Assembly: GCA_050084515.1 (NCBI GenBank)
Contig: CM114271.1
Location: 43,152,001 to 43,216,000, forward strand
Source: Blasia pusilla
Lineage: Eukaryota
Direction of reading: 5' to 3'
Length of the DNA: 64,000 bases
Position numbers and translations under genes: made by a program
Shown here: positions 25,500-39,100 of the stretch, in pieces
Position numbering within the stretch: position 1 is the stretch's first letter
Layout: each line of letters starts with the position of its first letter
Notes under the pieces: model-generated
The model's database searches: none
Told to the model about the DNA's origin: nothing
What the model saw: only the letters and a program-made list of their open reading frames with translations

Positions 25500-27281
25500 A
25501 AAACAAAACCACTAAACTTAACAACCATTGAAGGTTCCCTCAACAAGAATGAGACTTTTTCTTCACAAACTCTAATGCTACACTTTCTTAATATTGAAGT
25601 TCAACACCGACATCTTCATACATTCTTGCCCTTGTCTAAGCCATGAACATATACTTGCAACATAAGAGTTTGGTATGACTTAAGGATTCTACTAATTAAT
25701 TCTTGTTCCGTACAATTTTATAACCAATCTCTTTTGGTTCGATTCATTTGAAGAAGTCCAAATGAGCTGGATTTTGATATACTCACCGTTGTTCCTCATA
25801 ATTCTCTCTTTACAAACTTAAAACTAAGCCTTGTCAAAACATTTGCTATTCTTCACCACTGCAAATTGTGTACTTTTATTGGTAACACCACATGAGTATA
25901 TTCAAAAATCAACTCCATTCATCCAACACATACATGTATTTAAGAATAAACTTTATTCAATATCCAAGGCATACCTACATAGGGGATTCAAACTAAGTAC
26001 TTGGATCCTTTGACATGGTTTTTGTTTTGTCAAAGGATCTGATTAGCAATCTTGAAAGATAGCTTATCATCTTGCTATCCTACCTTAAATACTCTTGTTA
26101 TCACCTCTTCATCAAACAGTCATATCTCTTCACTAATCCTAATTTTTGTTGTAGCTGAGATCTTCGTAATCTTCTCTGCTAGCCATCTTAGCATTGGATA
26201 TTGAGTTGCTATTTCAACTTCCTATTCTTCTTAAGTACTTTTTTTATCTCATATGATGCTAACTTCTTCTCCAATTCACGAATTCTATTCACATAATGGG
26301 ATAGCTAGAAATCCAATTTATTCCTCAACGTCCCTATTCTCTTTATCTCTAATCTTAAGCTCTCAAGTCTCTAAACCATAAATTGCTAACTTCATCCACC
26401 ATGACCTTCTACAATATTGGCATCTGGATTTATCATTACTCCTCCCCACTTATCTTATAGTTCCATGATCTTCTTCATTCTCTTCACTATTGGTTCTTCA
26501 CAACATCTCTTCTTAACCAAACTAATGTGGCGATTGGAACGTCATCTCCTTCCACTAATTTTGTTGCTTCTACTTTAACTGGTTCTTCTTACCTACTTTA
26601 TACTCTCTTCCTCTTCCTTATATATCTTCTTACCACTAGAGTCAGATTCTTCTCCACTCTTTCTCCTATGTCTTTATTCCCTTCATCTAAAATTTTCACG
26701 TCATTCATGTTGATGATTTCCATCTCGACTTCCAAATAAGCTTGCAATTCTTCTTTACCACCCCAATCCTTTATAGCCTATAAATGTACTGGATAAACAT
26801 CCACATATATCATCATAATTCTCTATTCCAATAGATTTGTGAGTTGATGCACCTACACTACTCCAAAAATATACTACCCCAAATTAATAAAACACTCCTC
26901 CCAAGCTTGATGATAAAAATGCAGATCATTACCATGCACCTTGGAAGGTTGATTTGGACTAAAATTTCTTACTAGAAGCACTTGAACAAATAGCCTTAAA
27001 ATCTTGTTCAATAATATTCCTTACCTCATATCCATTGTGTTAGATCTCATAGGAGTTTTAAAGGAAAGTCCAATTTTCTTGATGATGGCTTCAACTTTGT
27101 ATACAATTCTTCTATTGCTCACACCATAAACCTCAACCCACATCTCTGCATTCAAATTTCTCAGTAGGAATCTAAATTCTTTGGAATTAACAATGATTTC
27201 TTGTTTGAATCTTCTCAACAAGTCATCGTGCACATACACATTGCTAGACAAATAAACATTCTTGTCACTAATCAAACACAC
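25500..27281 (-). pseudogene. Long decayed ORF of unknown family, probably a TE accessory ORF
   Basis: Frame of ORF 27021-27281 continues with scattered stops into an E/K-rich stretch. No recognisable catalytic motif. Confidence 0.3.
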
Positions 27282-27334
27282 AAAACTCTAGATTAAAAAT
27301 TCATCCCCGTAAATTAGACATATACGCAAGTATC

Positions 27335-28350
27335 TATCAAAATATCCCAATTGCCTCTTTAGCTAGTAGTTAGGTCCTTCTAACCCGATATAACCATGAA
27401 TCTCTACCTACTTATGACATACATCCTGATGATGCTAAGAGCAAGCAAAAGGTCAAGTTCTCATATGGCCCCATTGTTAATTGCATTCATGTCATCCATG
27501 TCACTTGGGAAAATCTAATTATTTGGCTACCTATCATCTGTACATTTGGGGCACATCTATCGTCCCCGAGAAATTTTAGCAAGAGATGGTGTCAAAAATG
27601 CCATTTGCCACCCTCTCCGGTATCCATGTATTATAGATCAACATTATAGTTGCGCTTCTAGAAAATCTATACCAGATGCACCTCAAGCTCCCAAGTACCA
27701 CTACCAATTTTGGATCAAAATGTGCCATCAATATTGGGAAGCTAATGTTGTGCGCATTCAATTTTGCACATGGTTATTCCAAACTATACCATCACGCCTC
27801 TCAAACAGAAGAATGAGAGATGGAAAATTTTTGCAACCTCTCCAAATGGTCAATAAACAATCGGAGAGGTTGCAATATTCCATTTAGAGATATTGGTTAA
27901 AATATATTGGCATTGTCTACTACACGTAGATATAGTCCCCCTAATAGAACCTTAGGATTTTCAATAGATAGCCTCATTCTTAAATGGTCGCATATCTCAA
28001 TGTGTCTCGATATTGTGCAATTGATAGATTCTCAAACGCCATGGGCATGGCTTTCCAAAACATCTCCTCCCTCAAGGAACATGTTTGCAACCACACATCA
28101 TGGTTATCAAGGTTCAACATCTCACTAGCATCATGATAAATGACAAGTGGCATGGGTAATCTAGCTCTCTTCCATAGAGCAAAACTTAAGGTGAAAGTGA
28201 TAGCAAGGATGCTTTCTTGCTAAATCTGTACCCCATTGGAAACAACGGCAATTGTAAGTTCCAATCTCCTAAGTGAATTAAAGTGACCTCTTTGCAAACC
28301 ATACTTGCGCAAACCCTCTTCAACGTATCAAAAACATGCTTGGCTAGACT
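27335..28350 (-). mobile_element. Second Gypsy integrase-PHD 3' fragment
   Basis: LRKYGLQRG..DWNLQLP..MGYRFS, KAMPMAFENLSIAQYRDTLRYATI, RDGIVWNNHVQN, RGWQMAFLTP..MCPKCT. Followed by GAAGGACCTAAC...GCAATTGGGATATTTTG, homologous to 13250-13292. Confidence 0.8.
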
Positions 28351-29351
28351 TGGCTAGATCATCATTTCATTGTCTCATGAAAAGAGGTTGAACAAAGATA
28401 GAACAAGCTCTCAATCTCTCTCTCTCCTTTGGTATACCCCTTCTCTCATTAGTAAATTGTGCACACAAGTCACCTCCTCAACCCTAACCTATAATATTGG
28501 GTCAAGGGCCATTTTCTCCAAATGTAAAAGCAGTTGTAGTCAAAATAGGGAGTTAATCAATATAGCTCCGAAGGAACTCAAAACATGAAACAACCTAAAA
28601 ACTCAAGTCATCCTAGTCCTCAATGTGTAATCCTCAACCCCCTATAATTAGGAGGTTGGTATTCAATTAGAAAATTTTGAGATAGAAGATAGTAAGATAA
28701 GAGAGATTCACTTAGAAAAACTTCTTCCAACTAATTTTTTCGTTTAAAAAGGGATGTATAATACGTGCAAAGCGGAAAAAAGGTTTTCAATTATTGAATT
28801 TTGTGAAGTAATAGGCAATCGATTCATCTCCAATGGGTTGTCCCACAAATTCATTCTTATTTTAAAAAATTGATACAATTTTGTAAGTTTTTTTTCCAAA
28901 AATTTTCATTTAGGCAACTAATTGTAGGCGACGGGTCTCCTTGGACGTAAGAAGGATATTTTCATAGCAAAATAGCTCCTATGAATTATGTAGTTGAAAA
29001 TTTCCAAAAAATATTTATTGTTGCAAGTTCAAAATTTACTATGCGTTGCAAATAGCTACATCTATGGCACTCACAATAGCATGGGATCGAGGAGAGAGTC
29101 ATGATCATGGGTCCAAGGGGGAGAGACCTTGGTGTGATCCACAAAAATTGGAACCTACATAAGCTAGTCGTAAGACTCGAAGGGCCACAGAACGGACGCG
29201 GAACTAATGCTAGTTGAGACGGGCATGTACCTTGAGATTAGCCACAGGTGAGAAAGGGCATAACTCCTTGAGGTGTGAGACCCTTGAAGTCAAGGGCAAG
29301 ACATAAGGAACATAGAATAAGTCAATAAGGAAAATACACCATGAGCATGAG

Positions 29352-30522
29352 CAAGATCGCTAAAAAATACACATGTTCGTCCATGGAACAAATATGACCA
29401 ACATATCATCTGCGTGGGTTTTTGGTATCCCAATGGCCCATGCGAGAACGGATGCACGCTCAGATTAAGGGAGGCGGGTAGGAATTGGTATGCATGTAGT
29501 TTCTACATTGTAGTCCTTTGCAAGCCTGCATAAGACCCACACAGGGCCCACAAGGCGGGTACGAGCCTACCTACATTATGAGGGCCTTGTTGGATTCTCA
29601 ACATTCACTTCTCTCAACATTATTGATATGATCGGCCCCCTTATATGAGGAGAAGCCTATATTGATAGTTCCGACTTAGACGTCGAAGGAGTCATACTAA
29701 TATGACGTAGGTGGTTTACGGAGTAGCGTTACTAGGATTATTTAATCCCATTTTCTTCATTTCTATGAATAGAAATGAAGAAAAATAGGTAAAAAACCCT
29801 AGTTTTCCGAGTAGTGAAATAGTCGAGAGCCGCATCAGTAGCGCATTCTCGTATGTCGAGTTATCTCCATGTTCAGGTTCCATCAAAGATCTTCTATGAG
29901 TGCACGGACAGACTAGGCCACTTTGTATCTCCAAGATTTATAATATATTTCAGTGATTTTGTCACATTCTGTTTTCTCACGGGCCAATATAGGCTTAGGA
30001 TGGGCTAGTGCATGCTACAAAATGGGCAACAAGTTCCTACTCGTTTCCCATTTCTCAGCGGCCGATCTTGGATCTATTTTGTGGGCGGGGCGGGCTCGAG
30101 TATGGGGCGCGCATATCCGGGTCTGCATGAAACACGAAGGGTGGCAAGAAAATTGTAAGATGTCAAACGTCGAGACTCAAGATGGACGATATCCACAAGG
30201 TTGCATATGGATAAAGTCCATGTTTACAAACATATCCATGTTCGTGGATTTATATGCATCCTATAGATTCATAGAAGGACTTGTCCATATGGGGCCCATC
30301 TCCCCTTCTTTCTCATCCCTCCCATTTTCCTTCATGATGTGCGGTTTCTTATTTCTTCCTTCTCTTACCTCCACTCCCTCCCCCCTTACTAGCATGCCCG
30401 CCCTATCCTTGCCTTCCACGATGAAGTATAAGTATGGGCCCCATCTTTTCCAATTCATTTTCGTGGAGAAGTCAAAACTTGCCTGTCTTAGGGACAGACT
30501 TGTCCATTTTTGTGCAACCATG
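29352..30522. mobile_element. Non-autonomous hAT-like element interrupted by a solo LTR
   Basis: Right end GACTTGTCCATTTTTGTGCAACCATG matches the TIR family at 45161 and 52493. Degenerate left end resembles 45161-45205. GCGGG subterminal motifs. No TSD found. Confidence 0.55.
29588..29981 (+). mobile_element. Solo LTR of the Copia family at 36185-41171, opposite orientation
   Basis: TGTTGGATTCTCAAC...GTTTTCTCACG is the reverse complement of LTR 40728-41171. Flanks GGCCT/GGCCA form a 5-bp TSD with one mismatch. Confidence 0.9.
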
Positions 30523-30629
30523 GCTACTTGTGAGATACAAAAAATATATATGGGCATGAGCTCCAAGGTGCATTTGGGGAGTTCAAAGTCAACATCTTAC
30601 TTCAAAAATAGGAATTATGAGTTTTGATT

Positions 30630-31038
30630 CAAACCATCTGCATTTTGGTTGAATATCCCAAGTCGATGGACCACTTGGAAATAATACTCTTCCAACAACA
30701 AAGTCCACCTTGCAAGCTTCCTTGTTAGCTATTAGAATCCATTAACCATTTCAATGGCTAATGATTTGTGATGAGAGTAAAGGAATTACCAAGAAAATAA
30801 CACTTGAAATGCATGACAACCCATACTACAACCAAACACTTTCCCGTGTATGAGTTGTACTTTGTCGTTGTAGAGATTTTTCAAGTAGTTAGCATAAGCA
30901 ATTGCAAATTCTCTAGCCTTATCATCATGTTAGGTGAGCATGGCTCTCATCTACTCCCAACAAGATCTGATTAGTATGCAATTGGAAAGGATGCCCCCTA
31001 ACTGGGCTCCTCAAGATAAGCACAGATGTTAATTGATC
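30630..31038 (-). mobile_element. Gypsy RNase H fragment
   Basis: HDDKAREFAIAYA, KYNSYTGKCLVVVWVVMHFKCY, FTLITNH*PLKWLM, KLARWTLLLEEY..VVHRLG..NQNADGL. Confidence 0.85.
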
Positions 31039-31169
31039 GTACGAGAGAGCATTTCAACTGCTTAAGGATCAATTAACATCTGTGCTTATCTTGTGGAGAC
31101 CAATTAGGGGGCATCCTTTCCAATTGTATACTAATCATATTTTGTTGGGACTAGGTAGGAGCCATACTC
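30936..31169. repeat. Long inverted repeat: ~103-bp arms (30936-31038 and 31067-31169), 28-nt spacer
   Basis: Arms align as reverse complements with scattered substitutions. Both derive from Gypsy pol sequence. Confidence 0.92.
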
Positions 31170-32147
31170 GAATGAGCTCTCTAGTAGAGCGCGTTCGCGG
31201 ATAGTGAGGACAACCTCAAGAGGTTGAGGATGGCATACTAAGAACATGGGTAACTTGAGAGAGTAGATTTCTCCTTTGTTTGGGCTCATTTGAGCCATAC
31301 AGACAAACTTACTATTTGGATAAGTTACTGTTTAGAGTATAATTGACTTTCCACTTTGGGAAGCTCATTAGTGGAGATATTTTGGTACCTGATCATCTTG
31401 ATGTTTGGATGTCATGAGTTAACAAGGGATCATGTATTTTTGTATGTATATTTGGTGACAACGATATATATATATATGCCCATGACATACATTCCAATTC
31501 ATTAGCAAGGAGAGCATTACCTATTGCATCATAATCTCTTGCATCATAAAGGGGAAATTAATAAAAGTCTTATACCATGATTCATCTATAGCCCATGGTT
31601 AAATGAGCACAATCACAATTTCAAATCCAAGAGGATATATAGACGAAAACGTATTGATTGAAAATAAAACCTATTTGTGAAAGAAAATGATAAGAGTAGA
31701 TATTTCAAAAATATATAAAAAAATCCTAGAAAAAATAAATTATCAAGAAAGATTCTATCAAGAGAAAATGAAAGATTAATTTTCAATAATTTTTCATTTT
31801 CTTCTCTTTTCAAAAGAATATTCATACAGAGAAAATTTAGAAGGCACTAAGTAGATCCTAATTCCCCTTAATTTTATTATGTTATGGAATTTTTGAATTA
31901 TGATATGTACATACTTTTATTTTTTAGATGATATCAATGTAGATCACCCAATTCAACCATTATAAAACTTGTACCAATAAAGATGGAAATAAGCATAGAT
32001 AGCTAGTTATTATTAATAAGGATAATAAAATTAATTATAACACATATTAAGAAAAATATGAGGATAAATTCTGGATGTTCATCACGATATTTTATGTGAA
32101 AATTTCATTCCTTTTTCCAAGAAATATAAAAGAGATGTATAAGTGAT

Positions 32148-32238
32148 CAATTTGATTTTGTAAGAAGAAATAGAAGGTTAAATTACATTAATCTTGTATG
32201 TAATTTAACCTTCTACTTCTTCTTACAAAATCAAATTG
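32148..32238. repeat. Fold-back with 41-bp arms, 9-nt loop, 1 mismatch
   Basis: CAATTTGATTTTGTAAGAAGAAATAGAAGGTTAAATTACAT / ATGTAATTTAACCTTCTACTTCTTCTTACAAAATCAAATTG. Confidence 0.95.
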
Positions 32239-32264
32239 TCGGGCAACATACACGGGAGTGTAGG

Positions 32265-32417
32265 GACTAATCATGTTGCACACAAATTTTTTTCTTGCTG
32301 CTCATAGAATATAAAATATTTTTTTGCTGCTCGTAGAGTAGGAAATTTTTTTGCTATCACATGTCAAGTAGAGAGGTGTTTGCAAATCAAGAAGGCATTC
32401 TCCAATAAAAATATAGA
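32265..32417 (-). mobile_element. Partial copy (5' part) of the non-autonomous Helitron family
   Basis: GAGAGGTGTTTGCAAATCAAGAAGGCA..AATATAGA shared with 32866-32914. No CTAG end seen. Confidence 0.6.
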
Positions 32418-32699
32418 TTTTCTTAAAATATCAAACTTTTAGAAACATAGTTGACTAAGAGGGGATAAGAACTAAGAGCATCTAATACGCGTATTAAGGA
32501 AAAATAGTAATAAAACATAAAGAAATCTAATATTAAGTTTTGTATTTTGCAAGGTACATGCATGTGGCTAAAGCAAATCAGAATAACGATTCTTTGGGGT
32601 TATCTCATTCTTTCATCCTTGAAGAAAAGATCTTTATAAGATGAAATGACGTAGAGTCTCTAATTTTAAATATATGATTGTGATGATAATACTTCAAGA

Positions 32700-32914
32700 C
32701 TAGTAAGGTGCCCGTGCGATGCACAAGAAATAAAAAATTATTTGAAGAGCTAGTGTATAGCTCGTGAAGTGAAGAGATTAATAATGTTGCACATAAATTC
32801 AATTTTTTTCTTATTGCCCGTAGCATATGAAACATTTTCTTACTGCCCAGTTGCCACGTGTCAAGGAGAGAGGTGTTTGCAAATCAAGAAGGCACTCTCC
32901 CATAATAATATAGA
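32700..32914 (-). mobile_element. Short non-autonomous Helitron (215 bp)
   Basis: Minus strand A|TCTATATTATTATGGGAG... then subterminal hairpin GTGCATCGCAC and CTAG|T. No TSD. Paralogue at 51341-51710. Confidence 0.8.
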
Positions 32915-35900
32915 TAAGATAATTACTATATTCAATCAAAATATCAATAAAATATCTTTTTTGAAATAGAAAATTAAGAATTTTTTGTCACAACGGATTA
33001 TTATTATTTTCAAGAGATATAGAGAATAAACATGATGAGTTGTCTATATTGATGAATGGGATGACCTCAAAGATAAGATGATTAAAATTTCTATTAAATT
33101 TTTTTAATAGATGACGCAATCTTTTGGATTAATTTTAGAAGGAATTTATTTATCTAATATAACTAGGCCTTACAACTTTACAAGTGCATGCATCTATTCA
33201 AAACCAAATTGAAAAAAGAGAGAAAATTACAGAATTATTTCATTTTCATTGGAACAAATATCGATACTTTACTATTGGAGGCCACTGGATAAACATTGAA
33301 TCTAGTCCATTTTATCATGAATAAGGGGACTATATTTGAAATTCACACAATTTTTTTTCATGAGGAAAAATGAATAGATCATTTCATTGGTCTACTACTC
33401 AAAGAAAAAAAAGAAAAAAAGTATTTTCAAATTTTAATTTTTTAATATTTACGTGATTACATGATTTATGCTCTACGAAGGAATTGAAACATTTTTTAAC
33501 TTAGTTTAATCAAAATAAAGTAAAATTTGAAAATGAAGGATTCTAACAAGAATAGAAAACAAGAAATAGATGTAATGTTTAGTCTGATTTTTATGAGTTC
33601 TTACATTATTTATTGATAAAAATTATATAGAGAACATTAGAATAATTATAGACTAATTTTATGGTTTATACTACATGAAAGTTATAAAATTAGAAAAGAA
33701 AATCAAAATTTTTCAAAAATACCTAGAAAGAAATTTGAACTGAAAAATTTACGTACTTCTATTTTCTATAAAGTAGGGACTCCATGTTTCTAAGAAATGG
33801 GGATTCTTAAATAAAATTATATAGCCAATTTAATCCTTATTATATGTCATCCTTTCAAATTCCACTTCTTCCACATAAATAGTACACCACGAATACATCA
33901 TTAATTGTGATGCAAATTTTCTCTCATTTTGATATGTTTCAATTCTTCTTCTTAAAAAAAATAGGTTACAACATCTAATCTTAAGCTTACTAAGCAAAGC
34001 AATCTCACAACTCACAGGTGTCATGCAGAATCATGCTTCTCCTTAGTCATAGTAGGATAACACATAAACTACTTCCTTCTAATACACTTTCTACTTATGC
34101 ACTATGAATTATATTGCATATGATCATCTTCTATAGATTTTTAATATTCAAGTGCCAATGTGTTGTCTTTTCTAACTTTCAACGTGTTCGTATGGACAAA
34201 CACCTTGCTACAAATACCAAAATCATTTCATATATCACAAGTATATCTAACACTTACATCTTCACATCTTTATGCTAATGAGAGGATTGATTGTTTCGTC
34301 TTGATGTGAAAATGTCTCTCAAAAAGTACAGTTTGAAATAAGTGATCCATTTTAGTGTGGTAAAGCTAACTCAAAGTTATTAAAAGGGGGCGATCAACTT
34401 GCAAGGCACTTACACGTATCTTACTAATAACATTAAACAACTCTCAATAATCACACAATCAAAATTTCTTCTTAAGCCTTAGAATTAAAAAAATTTAGTC
34501 ACAACAAACCCACATCATTAAATTTATTTTTTGAAGTAATAATTAATGCTTGTCATCGTAGGAATTAATCTAAATTACTTCGTGCATGTCACGTTCCTAA
34601 TTGGTTTTTCTCCAACTTATATAATCACAAATCTAATCACAGTAATTCTTAGTATATATTATGCCTACATATATATAAAGCCTAAGCAACTAATGTGGCC
34701 TCCACATCAGTTTGTTGCATCACCCATTCATAACTCTACAAGCATGCCCAAGGATGGAACTATTCTCGCATTTTCCTGGCATCATTATCTGCCACCATCA
34801 TCATTCTCTTGACTCTGACTCTATGGCATGAAGATTATTTCTGCCATCATATAACTAATGCAACACTATAAAAGCATAATACTATACTAAATGATAGAAA
34901 ATTATAGAGGTGGAGAACTACACCACCATGAAATTGCATGAGTGCAATACCCATGATCCTAAAGGTAATGCATACATGACCGTTATTCGATAATTCTTGT
35001 ATTTTTCCACATTTCGTAGTTGCATTCGATGGGCTAGATACTCATGAAAAGTGATTATTGGAGAATCAAATTTAAGGAATGATATTGAGACTTTACTAAA
35101 AGTATGACACTAGCAGCGACACCGCGAGATTAGGATAAGGGCTACCATGTTGTTGTTGTGGTTTGTGATTAATCTTCATATGGTGGTTGGGTTTGATATA
35201 TTATTCTACTTAATCACAAGCCATTTCTTTAGATTTGACGTCCTCTCAAATATAGTCATAGTTTTCTAGAAGACAAGAGAATGTAATATAAGGTTGCACA
35301 TGAGATCGAGATCAATATTCCAATAAACTTGCTTGACATAGACATAAGATGGAGACTTTAACAAAGCTAATTCAGCTTGCTAGCCATAGACGAGCCCATT
35401 CCTAGAACTCAAGTTTTCCAGTTATTAAGTTGATTGGTTCTACCTTCACAATCACCTCTTTCTTTTGTCTTGTTCAGAGAAATTACAATCTAGCAATCTT
35501 CATACTATGCAATGAGTTTACCTGCTAGAAAATGAGTTTACTAGTATTTTCCAAAGCCATGGGAAAGCTGGTCAATTTCTAGTCGCTAGCAACGATATAT
35601 GGAAGCCACTTCCTCAAGGAAGCTATGCCTAAGAGAGGTGATATATCAACGATAGTCATTGCAATAGTTATCATATCATATAGAATATTTTCCTTGTTAT
35701 CTCCAATAGAGAAACTCGATTAACTCCACCATTGTGGAGGTCTAGCTTCCAATATCTTGATCTCGCTGTGCTGGTGATAATGCAACATTGACAAATGATG
35801 GGCAATGTGGTTAAACTTACATGAAAATGGAGTGACATAAGAGAAATTTATACTTCATGCTACATCCTATGATCTAGTGATCTTAATCCTTTAGTCATGA

Positions 35901-36184
35901 TATCCCTATGCTTGGAAACTTCATCCTTGTTGGGACAATACCAAAGATTAATCTATACGCGTAAGTCTCTCTGAAGTGTTGACTGCAGACCTAACCCATT
36001 TACATAAATAATAGGCCTGGAAACATCCCATCACTTATTTGCGTGTCCCAATTGGTACATAAGGAGACCAAACCAAGGAGTACTTCTTTTTCCACATGCC
36101 TACTCCAAGGTGTGTGAAAGCGTGGAAAGTGGGTATCAGACTTTGGATATCTCAAATAGAGAGAGAAAATTTACATAAAAGGAT

Positions 36185-39100
36185 GATGAGAAAATAGAAA
36201 GTGACAAGATCACTAAAATCTTTACAAAACTTAGAGATACAAAGTGGCCTAGTCCGTCCGTACGCTCACAGAATAGCTTCGATGGAACTTGAATATGGAG
36301 ATAACTCGACCTACAAGAATGCGCTATCGCTGCGGTTTTTGACTATTTCACTACTCGAGAAACAAGGATTTTTCAACCTATTTTTCTTTGTTTCTATTAA
36401 TAGAAAGATTTGGCTAGGGACTGCACCCCCAGACCCCTGCGATGTATCAGGGTTTGATAATCCTACTAACGCTACTCCATAAACCACCTACGTCATATTA
36501 CTATGACTCCTTCGACGTCTAAGTTGAAAACATCAATCCAGGCTTCTCCTCATACAAAGGGGCCGATCAGATTAATGGTGCTCAGAGAAGTGGTTGTTGA
36601 GAATCCAATACCCCCCCTCAATATCCATTCTCAAGTGGACTACTGTCTTGGATCTATGCCGAGACCCTTCAGATGTCGGTGAAGCTGATCTCCGCTCAAA
36701 GCTTTTATGAAGATGTCTACACGGTTATCCTCTATTGGACAATAGACTTACTTCAAAACCTCTCTCTCGATCAATTCATGAACAAAATGATACTGGATCT
36801 CTATGTGCTTCGTACGAGCATGAAACACAGGATTATGTGTTATGGCAATGCAACTCTGATTGTCACACCACATTATAGTAGCACTTTCTGGTGCTTCTCC
36901 TATATCCTCCAATATCCATCTCAACCATACTGCTTCACAAGAAGCATAACAAGCCGCCTTGTACTCTGCCTCGGTAGAAGAAAGAGCCACTCTAGGTTGC
37001 TTCTTGCTGACCCATGATACTACACCTTATCCTACCAAGAAGCAATAACCCGAAACTGATATCTTAGAATCTGAATCTCTTGCCCAATCCGAGTCATAAA
37101 AAGCTATCATTTTCGTCCCTGCTCAATAGGTGATTCCATACTCTATAGTGCCTTTGATGTACTTCAACACATGCATCCCTGCCTTCCAATGGTTTTCACG
37201 AGGCTTAGTTGAGAACCTTCTCAACACTGCCACATCAAAGCTAATGTATGGTCTAGTGTTACACAAAAATATCAAATTGCCTATAAGCTTTCTATACAAC
37301 TTTTCATCTACCAATGGTGAAACATCCTCCATCGAGAGTTTCAACTCTACCTCCATTGGCGAGACCATTGCCTTACACTCGGTCATCACAAATGCCTTCA
37401 AGATTTCTCTAGCATACTTTTTCTCGGAGAGAAAATTAGAATGTGACTGTTGCCAAATCTCCAGCCCTACAAAGTAGTGCAAAAGACCTATATCTAACAT
37501 GCCAAACTCAGATTTCAACAATCCCTTCATTTCCTCTATTTTCTTACTGTGGTCTCCTGTGATGATCAGATCATCCACATAGAGGATTATCAACATATAC
37601 ATCCCATCTTCGCAAAACGTATACAAATTTTATTTTGACGGACTCTTGATGAGACCCTTCTCTCGGAAGAATGTATCTACTCGTTGATACCATACCCTTG
37701 GGGCTTGCTTCAACCCATACAATGCTCAATGAAGTAAACACACTTTCTCTTCTGATCAGAGTATCTCAAAACCTGGTGGTTGAGATACATACACCTCCTC
37801 CTTGAGACTCCCATTCAGAAAGGCAGACTTCACATCGTATTAGTATACATGCCAACGTCATGTTCCTCCAACCGCTAGAATAATTCGAATGCTTTTCATC
37901 CTTGCAATAGGAGCAAAAGTCTCATAGTAGTCAAAACCTTTGATTAGTGAACATCCTTGTGCAACCAACCTTGCTTTGAATTTATCCAATGTACCGTCCA
38001 ACTTGTACTTGGTCTTGTACACCCACTTGGTGCGTATTATCTTCCTGTCCTTTGGATTCTCAACCAAAGTCCAAGTTTCATTTCTCTGAATAGCGTCCAT
38101 CTCCATCTACATGGCCTATCTCCATTGAGGATGATCAAGGGCCTCATCTAAGCATGATGACTCTTCCACCTTCAAGACCTCTGTCATCAAGGCCATGTTG
38201 ACGAGATGTGCGGAAGCTTTATTCTGCTCCTCTAGTCTCTTGGATCTCCTTGGATGTGTAACAACTTCATCCATTTTTGGTGGATCCTTACCGTCCAAGA
38301 GCTATTTTATCCACTTAGGGTATGACGACTGTAGTGGAAGAGCAGGCTGGTCCTTGTAATCATCATCAAATTCTTCTTCTTGATGATCTGGTGTAATCAT
38401 TGGTGGTGTGCTCTGGTGGGTTATCTCTTTGTTTGAGGATAATGTGGAGGGACCATTGATATCCGCCACTTGATGAGGCTGTTCTTGGAACACCACATCA
38501 TGACTCACAAGCATCTTCTTTGCCTCAAGACGCCATAGGCAATAAGCTTCAGACTCATCACTATATCCCATAAAGATGCACTTTCTCCTCTTGGACTCTA
38601 GCTTGGTCATGGATGCTTCAGGAATATGTACAAAGCATTCACTACCAAAAGTCCTAAAATGTTGGATTGATGGTAGCTTACCTGAGTATGATTGATGAGG
38701 AATTAGGCCTTGCACTGACTTGGTAGCACTTCTATTTAGAATGTAAATGGCAGTATTAACAACTTCAGCCCAAAATCCTTCTATCAAACCTTTGCTTTCA
38801 TCATACATCTTGCCATCTCCACCACTGTACGGTTTCGACGCTAAAAAACTCCACTTTGTTGTGGTGTATGTGCCGTGGATAACTTTTGCTTGATTCCATG
38901 CTGCCCCAAATATTTGTTGAATTCTGTTGGTAAGAATTCTCCTCCTCGATCGGTATGAAGCTTCTGTACCTTCTTTCATGTCTCATCAGCTTGTGCAATA
39001 CTTTAAATTTTCCAAAAGCGCTTGCCTTATCACAAAGGAAATACACCCACATCTTCCTACTATAATCGTCAAAAACTAAAAAGAAGTAGGAAGAACCACA

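Noticed and set aside
29953-30627. 224-aa ORF, and similar ORFs at 52090-52630
   Set aside because: They lie in the non-coding end of a hAT-like repeat, and the frames are not conserved between copies.
33830-34260. Possible MULE transposase remnant
   Set aside because: Only faint motif resemblance (YEMILVFV, KHDSA*HL). Too degraded to support.
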